From Pirellula staleyi DSM 6068 (GTDB lineage Bacteria; Planctomycetota; Planctomycetia; Pirellulales; Pirellulaceae): a stretch of DNA of 32,000 nt. The stretch is taken from positions 3,870,001-3,902,000 of the forward strand of contig CP001848.1 of assembly GCA_000025185.1 (NCBI GenBank), in the 5' to 3' direction. Below the pieces are notes generated by a model. It was given only the letters and a program-made list of their open reading frames with translations, was not told the origin of the DNA and did no database searches. The first letter of the stretch is position 1. Each line of letters opens with the position of its first letter. The translations under genes were made by a program, and so were the position numbers. Below are positions 25,082 through 32,000 of the stretch, in pieces.

Positions 25082-25089
25082 GTGCGCGC

Positions 25090-25123
25090 TGTGAAAGCAA
25101 ACGCGTTGTGAAAGCAAACTCGC
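25090..25123. repeat. Two tandem copies of a 17-nt unit (TGTGAAAGCAAAC core)
   Basis: TGTGAAAGCAAACGCGT (25090-25106) and TGTGAAAGCAAACTCGC (25107-25123). The 13-nt core is identical and the repeat sits immediately after the terminator. Confidence 0.8.
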
Positions 25124-25168
25124 TGTCGAGCGGACTTGCTAGCAGCGGTCTGACGGGCGGCTGACGCT

Positions 25169-25621
25169 TTAAGGATTCACGCGGCCAGGGGCGGGCGTGA
25201 GCGCTGCGCGAGGAACCTCGAGATCGAGCGTCGATTCCTCGGCTGGAAGAGTGACAGCTAGCGTGTACTCCGGAAAGATCGGGCGTCCCATCGGCGCTTC
25301 GGGACCTTCGATCCCGTCACAGCCAAAGACGCGTGCTAGGTGCGCACCTCCGGAAGTTCCTTGTCCCAAGTTCTTCGTGTCGAAGCTTCCGTTCTCGATG
25401 ATCGCGAAACCTTGCGGACCATCATTTCCCTGCGCAACATCGGGATCGAAGTAGATGATCCCTTTGGGAATCGGCTGACCCGCGAAGGTGATCTTCCCCG
25501 ACAGCCGATAGCGCGTGCGCCCGTCGCTGCCGCAGCCAGGAACCAGCAGCAAGGCTGCTAGCGAGCAACCGGCCAGCCTACGTGTGGCTTCGAAGGTAAA
25601 TTGACGTCGCGACCTCAGCAT
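25169..25621 (-). CDS. Small lipoprotein (carboxypeptidase-regulatory-like beta-sandwich type often paired with DUF1559 genes)
   Basis: MLRSRRQFTFEATRRLAGCSLAALLLVPGCGSDG is lipobox-like, followed by YRLSGKITFAGQPIPKGIIYFDPD. It lies 107 nt downstream of the DUF1559 gene on the same strand. The pairing is from memory of Planctomycete genomes. Confidence 0.6.
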   Translation of the reverse strand: MLRSRRQFTFEATRRLAGCSLAALLLVPGCGSDGRTRYRLSGKITFAGQPIPKGIIYFDPDVAQGNDGPQGFAIIENGSFDTKNLGQGTSGGAHLARVFGCDGIEGPEAPMGRPIFPEYTLAVTLPAEESTLDLEVPRAALTPAPGRVNP

Positions 25622-25727
25622 GTGCTAGCGAGCCTTCTGTTGCAGGACGTTCAGCGCGGGGAAGTGCGCGGCACGAAAAAAGGAGCAGTCAAAAATGCTG
25701 GCAGTGCCAGCGGACTGTTGTGCGGAG

Positions 25728-26708
25728 CTACTCGAGCGTGCGTGTTTCCGCGCCATCGCGACTCGCCACCGCTTTGTAGGTTCCGAGGTCGATGTTTTGC
25801 GAAAGGAAACGGATCGAACCATCGCAGAGCGCGAAATTCGCTCCACCTGGATGATGGCTGCTCATCGCGATGTCGTTGAAGGTGCTGCTGCCGGCCGGGA
25901 CCAGCGTGTTGATGCTGTTGGCGATGTTGCGCGACGACGCAATATGGTCGCTAGCACTGGCGTCGCAGCCGCGCACCCAGTTGCGAAAGCGCGAGCCGTA
26001 CTGCTGATCGTGCCGAGAAATCTCGCCCAGCAGCAGCGTGTTAGCAGTTCCATCCACAATGTCGCTGAAGTTTCGCGACACATCGCACTCGAAGATTCCA
26101 TGCTGCGAAAAACCACCTTGTCCCACGTTGCGCAGCGTGTAGGCAACCCCGGTCACGCTTGTCCCTTTGGGTCCCATGTTGCCGTAGTAATGTGTGGTAT
26201 AGGGAGAGACGCCGTTAATCAGGTCCGGCGCGTTCACCGCGTTGGCTCCACCTTGCATCATCACCTGGGCCGACGAACTAGGACACAAAAAGATGGCAAT
26301 TTTTGTGAGCCCCAGCGCGCCTCGGCCGAGCTGACCGTTGGCAGTGGTGTCGGTGTAGGTTCCGGCATTGAAGTTGGCCGTGGCATAAAGCGTTTGCTGC
26401 TCGATGAACGGCAGCAGATGGACATGCAGGCCAAACGTGTTCGAGCGAAGTCCACCTGGCGGAAACTTGCCCGCCATGTCGTGGTAGTTATGCAGCCCGA
26501 GTGCGAGCTGCTTCAGGTGGCTAAGACACATCGAGCGCCGAGCTGCTTCGCGGGCAGCTTGCACTGCGGGGAGCAGCAGCGCCACGAGTACACCGATGAT
26601 CGCAATCACGACCAGCAGTTCGACGAGTGTGAACGCGCGGCGAGAGGAACTGTCGCCTGAAGAACGAGCGCCCGAGGAACAAACACAGCGGGAGAGTCGA
26701 TGATGCAT
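25728..26708 (-). CDS. DUF1559 / H-X9-DG family protein with prepilin-type N-terminal motif
   Basis: ...SSSRRAFTLVELLVVIAIIGVLVALLLPAVQAAREAARRSMCLSHLKQ, and C-terminal SSHHPGGANFALCDGSIRF (H-X9-DG). The leader is unusually long at 25 aa. Confidence 0.9.
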   Translation of the reverse strand: MHHRLSRCVCSSGARSSGDSSSRRAFTLVELLVVIAIIGVLVALLLPAVQAAREAARRSMCLSHLKQLALGLHNYHDMAGKFPPGGLRSNTFGLHVHLLPFIEQQTLYATANFNAGTYTDTTANGQLGRGALGLTKIAIFLCPSSSAQVMMQGGANAVNAPDLINGVSPYTTHYYGNMGPKGTSVTGVAYTLRNVGQGGFSQHGIFECDVSRNFSDIVDGTANTLLLGEISRHDQQYGSRFRNWVRGCDASASDHIASSRNIANSINTLVPAGSSTFNDIAMSSHHPGGANFALCDGSIRFLSQNIDLGTYKAVASRDGAETRTLE

Positions 26709-26882
26709 GATTGTGCCGGGGGAGAGGCTGAATCGCGGTGCAATTTTTCTAGGGAAGCTCGCTAGTCGGTTGAGCCTTCCCTATCTAACCGTCGAGTTAA
26801 CCAGCTGTTTCGGCCGTAAGCAAGCTGAATTGCCGGAAACCGAAAAGTCGCCGCTTCTATCGTCCGAACAACAATCGGCTCA

Positions 26883-28259
26883 CTAGCCGGGATACTTGGT
26901 GACCGCGCCGGAATCGAGCGACTGGCACGCCATCAGCACGACGGCCGTATCGCGCAGCCCTTCGTGCACATCGCAAATCGTGCGTGGATCGCGGCGGCGA
27001 ACGTGGTCGATGAACGAAATCAGCTCGTCGCGCGTTTCGTCGGCTTCGAGCAGGTCGATTTCGAGCGGCTCTCCTCGATGAGCCCAGGGACTGCTCGACA
27101 ATTTCAAGGTTTTTCCGGCGGTCAAAATCGCGCTATTTTCTTTGTCACCCGGCCGTAGCCAGCCCGGATCTTCGGGGAGCTTTTCGCGGTAGAAGAGTCC
27201 CTTCGTAGTCGTCAGAAAGAGCGATCCGCGCGTTCCCAGGATCAGCTCCGATGCCCCTTCGTAGGCATTGTTGCAAATGGAAGAATAGGTGACCCGAACG
27301 CGGTAGGTGTTCAGCGGCTGAGCGCCGATGTCGCTCGAGGGTAAACGTGGCAGGGGGACAGCGTCAGCGGCGGTGGCACCGTTTCCCTCGGGAGCTGTTT
27401 CGCGGCGCGGCACGACATAGTCGTAGATGCAGAAGACGTTGTCGTGAACTTCGCGGCCATCCTTCCAGTAGTCGATCCCCCCCGAGGCGATCACGCTGGT
27501 CGGCGCTGCTCCGAGAATCCAGTTCGCGACGTCAAGTTGATGGCTCCCCAGTTCGGCCATCAGTCCGCGGCTACGGTTCTTGAAGAGCCGCCAGTTCAGC
27601 CGCTCTTCGAGAGCAGCCCAATGCGGATCGGATTTGGGGACCGGCACAGGTCGACGCCAGTTGTTGTTGCGATGCCACTGCGCTTTAATCGCGGTGATTT
27701 CGCCGAGCAAACCAGCCTGCACCATCGCCACTGCTTGCTTGTAAATCGGACTCGCGCGGCGCTGCAGACCGACTTGAAACACGCACTTCTTTTCGTCGAC
27801 TTGTTTGGCGAGTTGGCGGGCCTGATCGATGTCGTAGCACATCGTTTTCTCGACGAAAACGTTCGTTCCGGCGTCGACGCAGGTGCTGGCGACCTCGAAG
27901 TGCGCCCAAAGTGGCACGGCAATCACGACGGCGTCGGGCTTGGCTTCGGCGAGCAGTTTTTTGTAGTCGCTATAGGTCGCCGCTTGCGGACCTGCATATT
28001 CACTCGCGCGCGACAGGTGCGGAGCATAGTCGTCGCAAATCGCCGTCACCTGAATGCTGGGGATGGTCGTTAAGCTGCGGAGCAAGTCACAGCCGCGCGC
28101 GCCGGTGCCAATCACGGCAACCTTCAAGGGCTCGTCGCTGTTGTCGTCAGCAGCGAGCTGCGTGAAGGTGGAAGCGGCGAGCAGGGAACCTGTGAGCCCC
28201 AGAAACTTGCGCCGCGAACGGGTCGAAAAATCTTGAGCTCGTCCAGATGACCTGTTCAT
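26883..28259 (-). CDS. Gfo/Idh/MocA family oxidoreductase with twin-arginine (TAT) signal
   Basis: The ATG at 28259 gives MNRSSGRAQDFSTRSRRKFLGLTGSLLAASTF, containing the TAT motif SRRKFLG, followed by KVAVIGTGARGCDLL (Rossmann) and NVFVEKTM. The start overlaps the upstream gene's stop as ATGA (28259..28256). The track start at 28439 is an extension. Confidence 0.8.
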   Translation of the reverse strand: MNRSSGRAQDFSTRSRRKFLGLTGSLLAASTFTQLAADDNSDEPLKVAVIGTGARGCDLLRSLTTIPSIQVTAICDDYAPHLSRASEYAGPQAATYSDYKKLLAEAKPDAVVIAVPLWAHFEVASTCVDAGTNVFVEKTMCYDIDQARQLAKQVDEKKCVFQVGLQRRASPIYKQAVAMVQAGLLGEITAIKAQWHRNNNWRRPVPVPKSDPHWAALEERLNWRLFKNRSRGLMAELGSHQLDVANWILGAAPTSVIASGGIDYWKDGREVHDNVFCIYDYVVPRRETAPEGNGATAADAVPLPRLPSSDIGAQPLNTYRVRVTYSSICNNAYEGASELILGTRGSLFLTTTKGLFYREKLPEDPGWLRPGDKENSAILTAGKTLKLSSSPWAHRGEPLEIDLLEADETRDELISFIDHVRRRDPRTICDVHEGLRDTAVVLMACQSLDSGAVTKYPG

Positions 28260-29167
28260 CGCGAGGGACCTCCACGGAGCCAAGTGAGGGTGGCGCCGCC
28301 ACTCGATTGATCGATCCATCCGACCGAGGCGAGTGTGGTGGGGGCGATTTCGCGTAGCAGCTCTTTCGTCCGGTCGCGTCCCATCACGATCGCAGCGGTC
28401 GAAAAAGCTTCGCACTCCACCCCCGAGGGGCCGGTACAAAAACAGGCGCGGGGCTCGCCAATCGGAGCACTCGTTGACGGGTCGATGATATCGCTCACCG
28501 CTGTCTCGCTGCTGTGCGAATCACTACACGAAAGCGACACATCTTTGAGCGACAGCGTCGCGAGTCCGCCAGGAGCATCTTGCCAGTTGACAGCAAGTTC
28601 AATCTGCCAGCCGGTCCCTTGTGGCCCACCGCCAATCGCCGTAACGCTGCTGCTTCCACCATGCACAAACGCTTGTTTTACCCCATATTCCAGCAGCAAT
28701 TGCTTCACGCGATCGAGCGCATAGCCTTTGCCAATCGCACCGAGATCGAGCTTCACATCGCTCCGAGAAAAGGCAACTCGGCGGTGCACATCGTCGAGCG
28801 AGACTTGTGCGAACGACACCGGGACCGGCTGATCGGAGGCGGGTGTGGAAGCGGTGAGGTCGAAGGCACCGCCGGTGGTTTCCCAGGCCGATGCGCCGAG
28901 CTCGATCAGCTCCCACACTTCGCGGTCGACTTGCACCGACTGCGCTGCGGCATCGCGATTGATGCGCGAGATTTCGCTCCGTGGGTCGTAGCGCGAAATC
29001 AGCTGCTCGACGCGCTTCAGCTCGGCGATCGACGCCTCAGCGACATCGGTCAGATGTTCGGTATCGTCCCCTAGCAACAGGAGCTCGAAGAGCGTTCCCA
29101 TCGCGGCGATGTTACGAGTGATGCGAGCCACCAAAAATACCTTTGTGAAAGGGAAGGCGAGTCGCAA
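28256..29167 (-). CDS. apbE: FAD:protein FMN transferase (ApbE family), no signal peptide
   Basis: MGTLFELLLLG..., ISRYDPRSEISRINRDAA, GGAFDLT, LDLGAIGKGYALDRV, FVHGGSSSVTAIG and GWQIEL are ApbE hallmarks. The start is either TTG 29167 or ATG 29101, and an in-frame stop lies at 29171-29173, so at most 22 aa precede the conserved MGT. Confidence 0.75.
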   Translation of the reverse strand: MRLAFPFTKVFLVARITRNIAAMGTLFELLLLGDDTEHLTDVAEASIAELKRVEQLISRYDPRSEISRINRDAAAQSVQVDREVWELIELGASAWETTGGAFDLTASTPASDQPVPVSFAQVSLDDVHRRVAFSRSDVKLDLGAIGKGYALDRVKQLLLEYGVKQAFVHGGSSSVTAIGGGPQGTGWQIELAVNWQDAPGGLATLSLKDVSLSCSDSHSSETAVSDIIDPSTSAPIGEPRACFCTGPSGVECEAFSTAAIVMGRDRTKELLREIAPTTLASVGWIDQSSGGATLTWLRGGPSR

Positions 29168-29207
29168 GCGTTACTCAAGGAGCACGCCTGGGGACTTCGA
29201 TCAGCGA

Positions 29208-31265
29208 CTACGAATAGCAACGGACTTCGAAGACCCGCGCCAGCTTGTCGCCGTTGGTAGCAGTCACTTCGAGCTTGAGCTTTTCGATGTTCGCCGCAGC
29301 AAACTCATGACGACGAAGCCGCTGATGATTCCCCGCGACTTCGGCAAGCAGTTGCCACTCGGTTTGCCCTGCGACTTTGCCGAGCAAGCGGTAATCGCGC
29401 ACCGTTTCAGGTTGGGGTGCGCGGATGATGCCGTTGTTCGCGCCGTTGCTGGAACTGAGTGTCAGTTCGCGCTGAAAACCGGTGTCGAACGTCAGTTGCA
29501 CGCGGCTGATTTTTTGAGGCGCATCCCACTGAAGCTCGAGCGACGCGCGGCCATCGAGGAGCTCGCCACTCCAGCGATGATTGGTCCCGCCGGGGAAGTC
29601 GCGCACGATGCCATCGATTACAGCCGACGCTGGATAGCCTTCGATTTCACTCGAGGCTGTCACTTTGGCAGCGCGGGCCAGATCGGCCGGATCTTCGTTC
29701 CGCTGATTGTTGATCGACTGATCGTCGCGCAGCAGCGTTTGCTGCAGTTTTTTAAGCTCGTTTTTGTTTTCGTACAGCTCACGCGGCGAGATTTTCGCCA
29801 GAGCTGCTTGAGCGGCAGCGGTTCCAGCGGCTTGTCCCATCACAGCGCAGGTGGCCATCACGCGGGTGCTCGTAAACGCGACATGCGAGGCGCTTGCGTT
29901 GCGTCCCGCCATCATCATGTTGGTGATGTTTTTGCTGTAGAGCGAACGCAGCGGGATATTGTAAATCGGCGTTTTGATCTGCACGCACGGTGGCAGATCG
30001 GCCCGATCGAAACCTCCAGGCGGGTGATCATCCATCGGCCAACCACCAAGCGCCACGGCATCGGTGAAATCGCCATTCACTCCCATCAGATCGAACTGCG
30101 TCATCAGATGATCGCCGACAAAACGACGGCTCTCGCGCTTGCCGGTCATCATGCCGACCCAGTCGATTGCCCAGTTCTCGCTCGTCGGATGCGCGCCGCT
30201 GTTCTTGATGTAGTCCCACACTCCCATCACGATCGACAGCAGTTCGAAACGAATCCGTTCGTTGTCTTGAATCGTGCTGAGCTGACCACCCCATTCGATC
30301 CACCAGTAGCCATATTCCCACGAGCCAGTGGGGCGCTTCAGCAACTGCTCTTTCGACACCTTGCGCGCCCACTTCGGTGGTGTGAACGGCATCGGACGGT
30401 CGTGCTTGCGCGAGGTAAACAAAATACTGCTGCCGAGCGTTTCCAGATCGGGAGCCTCGGGAGCGAGTGGCTCACCGAACTCGAGACGTGCCTCACGGCC
30501 GTAACGAAACTCGGCTCCCACTTCGAGCCCGAGTCGACCATCGCCCGTGCAGTCGAGATAGATGCCGGCCGTGATGTCGTAGATATGTTCGGTCTTGTCG
30601 CACCGCACCATCGCCCGGACGATCTTGTTCTCTTTGACTTCCGCCGAGTAAAGCACACTATCGAGCAGCAGCGTGAGGTTCGGTTCGCTGACGCATTTGT
30701 CGTACAGCAGCAGATCCCACATTTCCCACGAGCGCTGCGGGTTGTTGGCGGCGTCGTCGAGTCGGAACTCTTCGATCAAGCCACCTTCGCGCCAACCGGG
30801 ACGACTTTTGTGGTGATTGGCCCCGACCACATGCATTTTGACTTCGCTCGACGAGTTTCCACCCAAACGCGAGCGGTCATTTACCAGCACCACTTTTGCG
30901 CCGTTGCGGGCTGCTGCCACCGCCGCACAAACACCGGCGAGACCACCACCTGCCACAAACACATCGCACTGCAGCTTGACGAGCGTCATGTGCGGTTCGG
31001 CTGTTGCTGGCTGGCGATCGCCTGCTTCCGGGGCGATTTTTCGCATCTCGGCCCGAATCTCATCGACCGTTCGGTCGGCTGCCGATGCCTGAGAAGGAGC
31101 TTCGGCCAGAACCGCGAGGCTGTAGCCTGCAAAGCCCGAGAGACCGACGGACGAAAGAAAATCGCGACGTTTCACGGCAGAACCTCGGAGAGAGAGGTTG
31201 AGAAGCGGAGAACATTTGGGGCCTGCCCTGTTAGGTCGGACAGACCCCGCCAACCTTAGTGCCAT
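29208..31265 (-). CDS. FAD-dependent oxidoreductase with TAT signal and C-terminal discoidin/F5-8-type-C-like domain
   Basis: The TAT motif is VKRRDFLSSVGLSGFAGYSLAVLA. The FAD Rossmann is CDVFVAGGGLAGVCAAVAAARNGAKVVLVNDRSRLGGN. The C-terminal VTASSEIEGYPASAVIDGI...NHRWSG...LELQWDAPQKISRVQLTF looks like a carbohydrate-binding jelly-roll. Confidence 0.8.
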   Translation of the reverse strand: MALRLAGSVRPNRAGPKCSPLLNLSLRGSAVKRRDFLSSVGLSGFAGYSLAVLAEAPSQASAADRTVDEIRAEMRKIAPEAGDRQPATAEPHMTLVKLQCDVFVAGGGLAGVCAAVAAARNGAKVVLVNDRSRLGGNSSSEVKMHVVGANHHKSRPGWREGGLIEEFRLDDAANNPQRSWEMWDLLLYDKCVSEPNLTLLLDSVLYSAEVKENKIVRAMVRCDKTEHIYDITAGIYLDCTGDGRLGLEVGAEFRYGREARLEFGEPLAPEAPDLETLGSSILFTSRKHDRPMPFTPPKWARKVSKEQLLKRPTGSWEYGYWWIEWGGQLSTIQDNERIRFELLSIVMGVWDYIKNSGAHPTSENWAIDWVGMMTGKRESRRFVGDHLMTQFDLMGVNGDFTDAVALGGWPMDDHPPGGFDRADLPPCVQIKTPIYNIPLRSLYSKNITNMMMAGRNASASHVAFTSTRVMATCAVMGQAAGTAAAQAALAKISPRELYENKNELKKLQQTLLRDDQSINNQRNEDPADLARAAKVTASSEIEGYPASAVIDGIVRDFPGGTNHRWSGELLDGRASLELQWDAPQKISRVQLTFDTGFQRELTLSSSNGANNGIIRAPQPETVRDYRLLGKVAGQTEWQLLAEVAGNHQRLRRHEFAAANIEKLKLEVTATNGDKLARVFEVRCYS

Positions 31266-31341
31266 GGTATCGACTATCCCGAGCCGATGCCACGTTTTCT
31301 GTCGCTTCCTTTCGCAGCGGAAGCTGGCGATTGCTGAGGAC

Positions 31342-32000
31342 TTACGAAGCCTTGGCCTTCTGTGTCTCGACCCAGTCTTCGAGCATCTGGAACTGACGCA
31401 CGAAGTCGTGCTCGGTCGTTCCCAGCGGGCTCTTGAAGAAGCTGGCTAGGAACGTCAGCAGACCTTTCTCGCCCAGTCGCGAGGCCAGATCAGTGAGTCG
31501 CACCAGATCGATTACCAGCGGCGCGGCGAGGAGCGAATCGCACCCTTGCCAGGTGAACTGCATCACCATCGGCGTGCCGAGGAAACCCTTAAAGTGGATA
31601 TGATCCCAGGCTGTCTTCCAGTCGCCAAGGCTTTCGATGTACTCAATACTTACCAACGTTTGAGGTGAATAACCCAAGATTTGGTGGAGCAAACGATCTT
31701 TGCTACGAACCTTGGTCTTCTTATTAGAAGGATCGTCTAATACCTTCCCATCCATGTTGCCAAAAATATTATGACCAACCCAGCTCATCACCTGCAAATT
31801 GCGGGCGGCAAACATGGGGGCCAAAGCACTTTTGAGGAGCGTTTCGCCCGTTTTGCCATCATGGCCAATATGACAAGTGCCACGCTCGATTGCGAGCTCT
31901 TGAATGGCTGCTGGCGCGCTACCTAAGGACGGTGTGAAATTAATATAAGGATAGCCCAAATCGAGCGCTGCAATGGCATAGATCGAACTAGCTGCCAGCG
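31342..32000 (-). CDS. ino1: Inositol-3-phosphate synthase (partial; N-terminus beyond window end)
   Basis: GYPYINFTPS...HDGKTGETLLKSALAPMF..RNL.V.SW.G.NI.GN.DG..L and ...DSLLAAPLVIDLVRL match bacterial/archaeal MIPS. The frame stays open upstream of the track's TTG at 31959 (LAASSIYAIAALDLGYPY) to position 32000. Confidence 0.85.
   Translation of the reverse strand, partial: LAASSIYAIAALDLGYPYINFTPSLGSAPAAIQELAIERGTCHIGHDGKTGETLLKSALAPMFAARNLQVMSWVGHNIFGNMDGKVLDDPSNKKTKVRSKDRLLHQILGYSPQTLVSIEYIESLGDWKTAWDHIHFKGFLGTPMVMQFTWQGCDSLLAAPLVIDLVRLTDLASRLGEKGLLTFLASFFKSPLGTTEHDFVRQFQMLEDWVETQKAKAS

Noticed and set aside
25695-26660. A 321-aa plus-strand ORF opposite the third DUF1559 gene. Similar cases are 866..1588 opposite the second copy, 108..569 opposite the first, and 5464..6477 opposite the barrel gene.
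   Set aside because: All are shadow ORFs antisense to genes with clear family signatures, and their composition is not protein-like.
29109-31259. A 716-aa plus-strand ORF opposite the FAD-dependent oxidoreductase
   Set aside because: This is the same antisense-frame artefact. The minus-strand product has a TAT signal, an FAD Rossmann motif and a coherent domain structure. The plus-strand product is R/H/A-rich with no recognisable features.
1-32000. A search by eye for tRNA T-loop/acceptor patterns, rRNA, tmRNA, SRP RNA, CRISPR repeats, IS terminal inverted repeats, and transposase or integrase genes
   Set aside because: I found none. No GGTTCGAATCC-like T-arm sits in a cloverleaf context, there are no regularly spaced 25-40 bp repeats, and no recombinase-like ORF appears. 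This is a manual scan, so small or divergent RNAs could have been missed.

Overview
About 32 kb of high-GC bacterial chromosome. Gene content points to Planctomycetota, Pirellulales-like. The evidence is three DUF1559 / H-X9-DG proteins sharing the prepilin-like N-terminus AFTLVELLVVIAIIGVLVALLLPAVQAARE, a BBP7-like outer-membrane barrel, an ECF sigma factor and TAT-signal oxidoreductases. I call 32 protein-coding genes, two of them cut by the window edges, plus one convincing intrinsic terminator and a few small repeats or hairpins. I found no rRNA, tRNA, CRISPR array, transposase, integrase or prophage genes. Recognisable products are a TraB/GumN-like protein, a SelA-like protein, a membrane-anchored thermonuclease, an HNH endonuclease and two 7Fe-type ferredoxin paralogues flanking a RibD-C/DHFR-family reductase. 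Others are a large two-module U32 peptidase-family protein, rhamnulokinase, two Gfo/Idh/MocA oxidoreductases, an ApbE flavin transferase, a TAT-exported FAD-dependent oxidoreductase and inositol-3-phosphate synthase. Many long ORFs in the supplied track are antisense shadow ORFs typical of high-GC DNA, and several real genes have over-extended N-termini in the track. Four items seem most worth follow-up. (1) The minus-strand operon 31265->26883 places a signal-less ApbE between two TAT-signal oxidoreductases. (2) The SelA-fold protein has its PLP lysine and other hallmark motifs replaced. (3) The U32 protein has a Cys->Tyr change in its Fe-S ligand motif and a second Cys cluster. (4) An inverted HTH-receiver regulator with an eroded acidic pocket sits behind an ~850 bp ORF-free leader. 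From sequence alone I cannot show that any of these is a new system. They are hypotheses with stated tests.
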